Shown here piece by piece: positions 24,433 through 27,211 of a DNA stretch of 27,211 nucleotides. Location: IMG/VR virus record IMGVR_UViG_3300030746_000040, positions 1 through 27,211 of that record; one strand, written 5' to 3'. Source of the stretch: a virus (lineage: Duplodnaviria > Caudoviricetes). Numbering within the stretch: position 1 is the first letter of the stretch; every line of letters starts with the position of its first letter. The notes below the pieces were generated by a model. That model saw nothing but the letters and a program-made list of their open reading frames with translations. It was not told the DNA's origin and did not search any database. Position numbers and translations under genes: made by a program.

Positions 24433-24717
24433 GTGCAACCTGAACGCAGGATGATATTGGCGGCTGCATTGTTAGCGGTTGCCCAGCAAGAAGCGAAGAA
24501 CGTCAGGTGGTTGGGCATCTCGAATCGGGCGCATGTGGCTGACGTGAGTCGCATCATTGCGGATGAGGCGCGCGGCTTCGTCGCGAGCGCGGGTTTCGAT
24601 GAGATGTGTGAGAATATTGATGTGGAACCGGCAAGGTTGCGGAGCCTGACTCCCGATGCGGCACTGGTGGCTTATGAGAGAATCACTAGTAAGGATTGGA
24701 ACGGAGACGCATGGTGA
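24433..24717 (+). CDS. Hypothetical protein
   Basis: AAGGAG RBS, GTG start; PE..LAAALL..A..E...A..FV.S..F...C....V.P pattern seen in small phage proteins. Confidence 0.7.
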   Translation: MQPERRMILAAALLAVAQQEAKNVRWLGISNRAHVADVSRIIADEARGFVASAGFDEMCENIDVEPARLRSLTPDAALVAYERITSKDWNGDAW

Positions 24718-25508
24718 AGAAGAGTCAAGCAGGGTTGTGGGTAGTAGATTTTGATAAGCATAGTCCACATGTGGACTGGCCCACGCATAACGCGATGATG
24801 GATTTTGTGAAGAGAGGGCCGAAGCTGAAGGGCTTCATCTTTGGCGGCGATCAGAACAGCAATGACGAAATCTCGCACCACAATAAGTCTAAGATTCTTT
24901 TTCGAAGTCCTGGCAGTTATGCTCGTAACACAGAGCTTTTCAAGACGAAGATTCTTGATCCTCTGGAGGGCGCTCTACCAAAAGGGGCCATCAAAGTGTG
25001 GATTGAGGGAAACCATGACGACTGGGAAAATCAACTCGTGCAAGAAAACCCCGAATTGCTCGGAACTGTCGAGCGTCGTATTCTATTGGATCTGGATCGT
25101 AGGGGGTGGCACTTTGTTAGGACTGGTCACATATTTAGTCTTGGGAAGCTGAAGGTCATCCATGGAGAGACTCTTACAGGCTTGGGCAACCAGGCTGCTG
25201 CGAATCATGCTATCCGCGCCGTACTCGCGTATGGGTCATCTGTGCTTTACGGCCACATCCATGCTCCGCAGTCGGCTTCTCGTATTGCTCCGTTTGGTCA
25301 GAAAGACAAACACATGGGTTGGTGTTCGCCTATCACTGGTGCAACCAACCCCAACTACCTGCGCAACAAACCGACTGCGTGGGTCAACGGATTCACGATA
25401 GTGGAGGTGAGGGACGATGGCACCTTTCAGGTTTATCCGGTCGTCGTTACTCGCGGCCGCTTTAGCTTTGCCGGTGTGGAGTATGGCGCAAGAAAGAAGT
25501 CAAAGTGA
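24711..25508 (+). CDS. Calcineurin-like metallophosphoesterase
   Basis: DKH, GGD, GNHD, IHGE and GHIH motifs; W..GF C-terminal motif. Confidence 0.9.
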   Translation: MVKKSQAGLWVVDFDKHSPHVDWPTHNAMMDFVKRGPKLKGFIFGGDQNSNDEISHHNKSKILFRSPGSYARNTELFKTKILDPLEGALPKGAIKVWIEGNHDDWENQLVQENPELLGTVERRILLDLDRRGWHFVRTGHIFSLGKLKVIHGETLTGLGNQAAANHAIRAVLAYGSSVLYGHIHAPQSASRIAPFGQKDKHMGWCSPITGATNPNYLRNKPTAWVNGFTIVEVRDDGTFQVYPVVVTRGRFSFAGVEYGARKKSK

Positions 25509-25839
25509 TCCCGCAGATCCTTTGTGTCACACTACTGATGGCGTCACTGTTTGCTATCCTCCTCCCACGCTTCACCAGCGAGACGAGGAGAAGGAGCCGA
25601 CGGTCGTTGACATCCTCAATGGCGTCGAAGATGCGCGCGGACTCCTCGACACCGCCAAGCGGCTGCCAGAGGCGCAGTGGATGGGCGCAGAGATAGCTGC
25701 GGCCCAGGATGCGCTGGACGAGTTCGACAAGAACACGACCCATCGGACAGTGGTCGCGCGCTACTTGGAATTGAAGCACGCGATGGACTTGGTAGAGATT
25801 CAACTGGAACACATTCGAAACGGAGACGACATCATCTAG
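25417..25839 (+). CDS. Hypothetical protein, possibly exported
   Basis: GGAGGTGAGG RBS; MAPFRFIRSSLLAAALALPVWSMA|Q signal-like N-terminus overlapping the phosphoesterase 3' end; helical C-terminus. Start uncertain. Confidence 0.55.
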   Translation: MAPFRFIRSSLLAAALALPVWSMAQERSQSDPADPLCHTTDGVTVCYPPPTLHQRDEEKEPTVVDILNGVEDARGLLDTAKRLPEAQWMGAEIAAAQDALDEFDKNTTHRTVVARYLELKHAMDLVEIQLEHIRNGDDII

Positions 25840-26165
25840 TGAGAGTAGCTAGTCTAGGGATAAGAAACAATTTGCGCCACGGTCACACGCAATTTGGTAA
25901 ACGCCCATCGCGTACGCATAATTCTTGGACGAGTATGAGACAAAGGTGTCTCAATGTGAAGAATCCAAATTACAAAAACTATGGCGGGCGCGGTATCACA
26001 ATCGATCCCCGTTGGGGGATGTTTGAAAACTTTCTTGAAGATATGGGAGTTCGACCAGACGGTAAGACACTAGACCGAAAAGATAACGATGGACCTTACG
26101 CAAAATGGAATTGTAAGTGGTCCACCCCAACAGAACAAAATAACAATAGGCGGAAACCTATATGA
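25839..26165 (+). CDS. Free-standing HNH endonuclease
   Basis: RHG...T.NSW.SMRQRC...YGGRGI...W..FENFLEDMG.RP...TLDRKDNDGPY...NCKWST..EQ.NN; visibly AT-richer than its flanks; GTG overlaps the upstream TAG. Confidence 0.9.
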   Translation: MRVASLGIRNNLRHGHTQFGKRPSRTHNSWTSMRQRCLNVKNPNYKNYGGRGITIDPRWGMFENFLEDMGVRPDGKTLDRKDNDGPYAKWNCKWSTPTEQNNNRRKPI

Positions 26166-26557
26166 GCAACAGACACGACGCGAACTATCAGGCAGTGGTC
26201 ACGCTGATCAATGTCACTTGTCACTACTGCGGCAAAGTGGTGCAGGTCAATCCCAATGATCCAACCCAGGCCGCTCTGCTGGCCAGCATTCTGAAGGTGC
26301 AACGTGCCGATGGCTCAACTTTTGCTTTTTGCGATCATGAATGCTTACGCTCTGGCTCCCGTTATTTCGGGCGGTATCCTATGGTACCGGTTGCAACCGA
26401 GCAGGGAATCGGATTCGCGGAGGATAGTGGCCCGGAAATCGTCGTGACTGATCCGAGCGAAGTGCGGCCGGTCACGGTTGAGGAACATGAGCAAATTTCG
26501 CTTGAGCGCCTTCAGCAGATCGCGTATGAGGAGCAGGGCGCAGAGGGAGCGGATTGA
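26162..26557 (+). CDS. Hypothetical metal-binding protein (TRASH/YHS-like)
   Basis: CHYCG...FCDHECL; acidic tail. Confidence 0.7.
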   Translation: MSNRHDANYQAVVTLINVTCHYCGKVVQVNPNDPTQAALLASILKVQRADGSTFAFCDHECLRSGSRYFGRYPMVPVATEQGIGFAEDSGPEIVVTDPSEVRPVTVEEHEQISLERLQQIAYEEQGAEGAD

Positions 26558-26970
26558 TGCGAATCTACTTGGCTGGGCGTTACAGTCGGCGTAATGAGTT
26601 GCGTGATTATGCTGATACGCTGAGGCGGCATGGCCACACGGTCACCTCAAGATGGCTGGATGAAGACAAGCCGCTGGACGGAGCTCTGACGGATCAAACT
26701 GATGAGTGGCTTGCACAGACGGCGGCCTACGATCTTTATGATATTGACTCCGCTGATGTCCTGTTGTTCTTCAGCGAAGACCCACTCGTTGGGATTCCGC
26801 GCGGAGGTCGGCATGTGGAATTTGGCTATGCGCTGGGCCGAGGCAAGTGGATCAATGTCATTGGCCCGATGGAAAACGTGTTCCACTACTATAAAGGGAT
26901 GATCAAACATTACGACTCCTTTGAGTCGTTTCTTGCGGCTAACATTCAGGAGGTGACCTTCGGTGTGTAG
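26557..26970 (+). CDS. Nucleoside 2-deoxyribosyltransferase-like protein
   Basis: RIYLAG, TSRWL, DL.DI..ADVLL, GG.HVEFGYALG.GK motifs. Confidence 0.85.
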   Translation: MRIYLAGRYSRRNELRDYADTLRRHGHTVTSRWLDEDKPLDGALTDQTDEWLAQTAAYDLYDIDSADVLLFFSEDPLVGIPRGGRHVEFGYALGRGKWINVIGPMENVFHYYKGMIKHYDSFESFLAANIQEVTFGV

Positions 26971-27211
26971 AGACGCTAAGTATGCTGTGCTTGATGATCA
27001 CGACTATCGCGGATTGCCGACTGATTCCGCGGAGCGTAAGAGTCTGCCATTCTTCAGCGGTGTGATGAAGTATTTTCCGCTGGCCCTGTTGGAAGTTGCG
27101 CGCGTCAGCAGGATCGGCAATGACAAGCACAACCCAGGAGAGGATCTCCACTGGAGCCGTGGCAAGTCTGATGATCACGCAGATGCGGCAAGTCGGCATC
27201 TGTTGGATTAC
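26963..27211 (+). CDS. dATP/dGTP diphosphohydrolase-domain protein (DUF5664-like), truncated by window edge (not in ORF track)
   Basis: Manual translation: LPTDSAERKSLPFFSGVMKYFPLALLEVARVSRIGNDKHNPGEDLHWSRGKSDDHADAASRHLLDY; AGGAGG RBS, GTG start. Confidence 0.85.
   Translation, partial: MCRDAKYAVLDDHDYRGLPTDSAERKSLPFFSGVMKYFPLALLEVARVSRIGNDKHNPGEDLHWSRGKSDDHADAASRHLLDY

Noticed and set aside
25677-25838. N-terminal extension of the HNH ORF
   Set aside because: Overlaps the upstream gene out of frame; GTG at 25839 is coupled to the upstream stop.
26963-27211. Calling this a Z-genome phage
   Set aside because: A DUF5664-like domain alone is not diagnostic; purZ is not in the window.

Overview
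A 27-kb segment of a tailed dsDNA bacteriophage; no integrase or host genes are visible. Left part (minus strand, about 1-13.7 kb) is the late/morphogenesis operon: an N4-gp56-type major capsid gene interrupted by a group I intron carrying a LAGLIDADG homing endonuclease (running off the window edge), scaffold, portal, terminase large and small subunits, tRNA-Asn, holin-like genes, and three spike/esterase-like proteins that carry Sec-type signal peptides. About 13.7-14.4 kb is non-coding and shows a strand-skew flip (possible genome end). About 14.5-17.65 kb holds small leftward genes. About 17.7-18.1 kb is a divergent control region with sigma70-type promoters and four 21-bp direct repeats (possible origin). 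From 18.1 kb the plus strand carries early genes, a roughly 400-nt highly structured promoter-driven non-coding RNA candidate followed by a 16-aa hydrophobic ORF, a PD-(D/E)xK/Sak4-like/SSB-like recombination module, a metallophosphoesterase, an HNH endonuclease and nucleotide-pool enzymes. The most unusual signals are the 400-nt RNA, three further structured non-coding segments (two share a GUG-GAAAU motif with it), the capsid intron and the signal-peptide cluster. All family calls come from motif recognition by eye; no database search or folding program was run.
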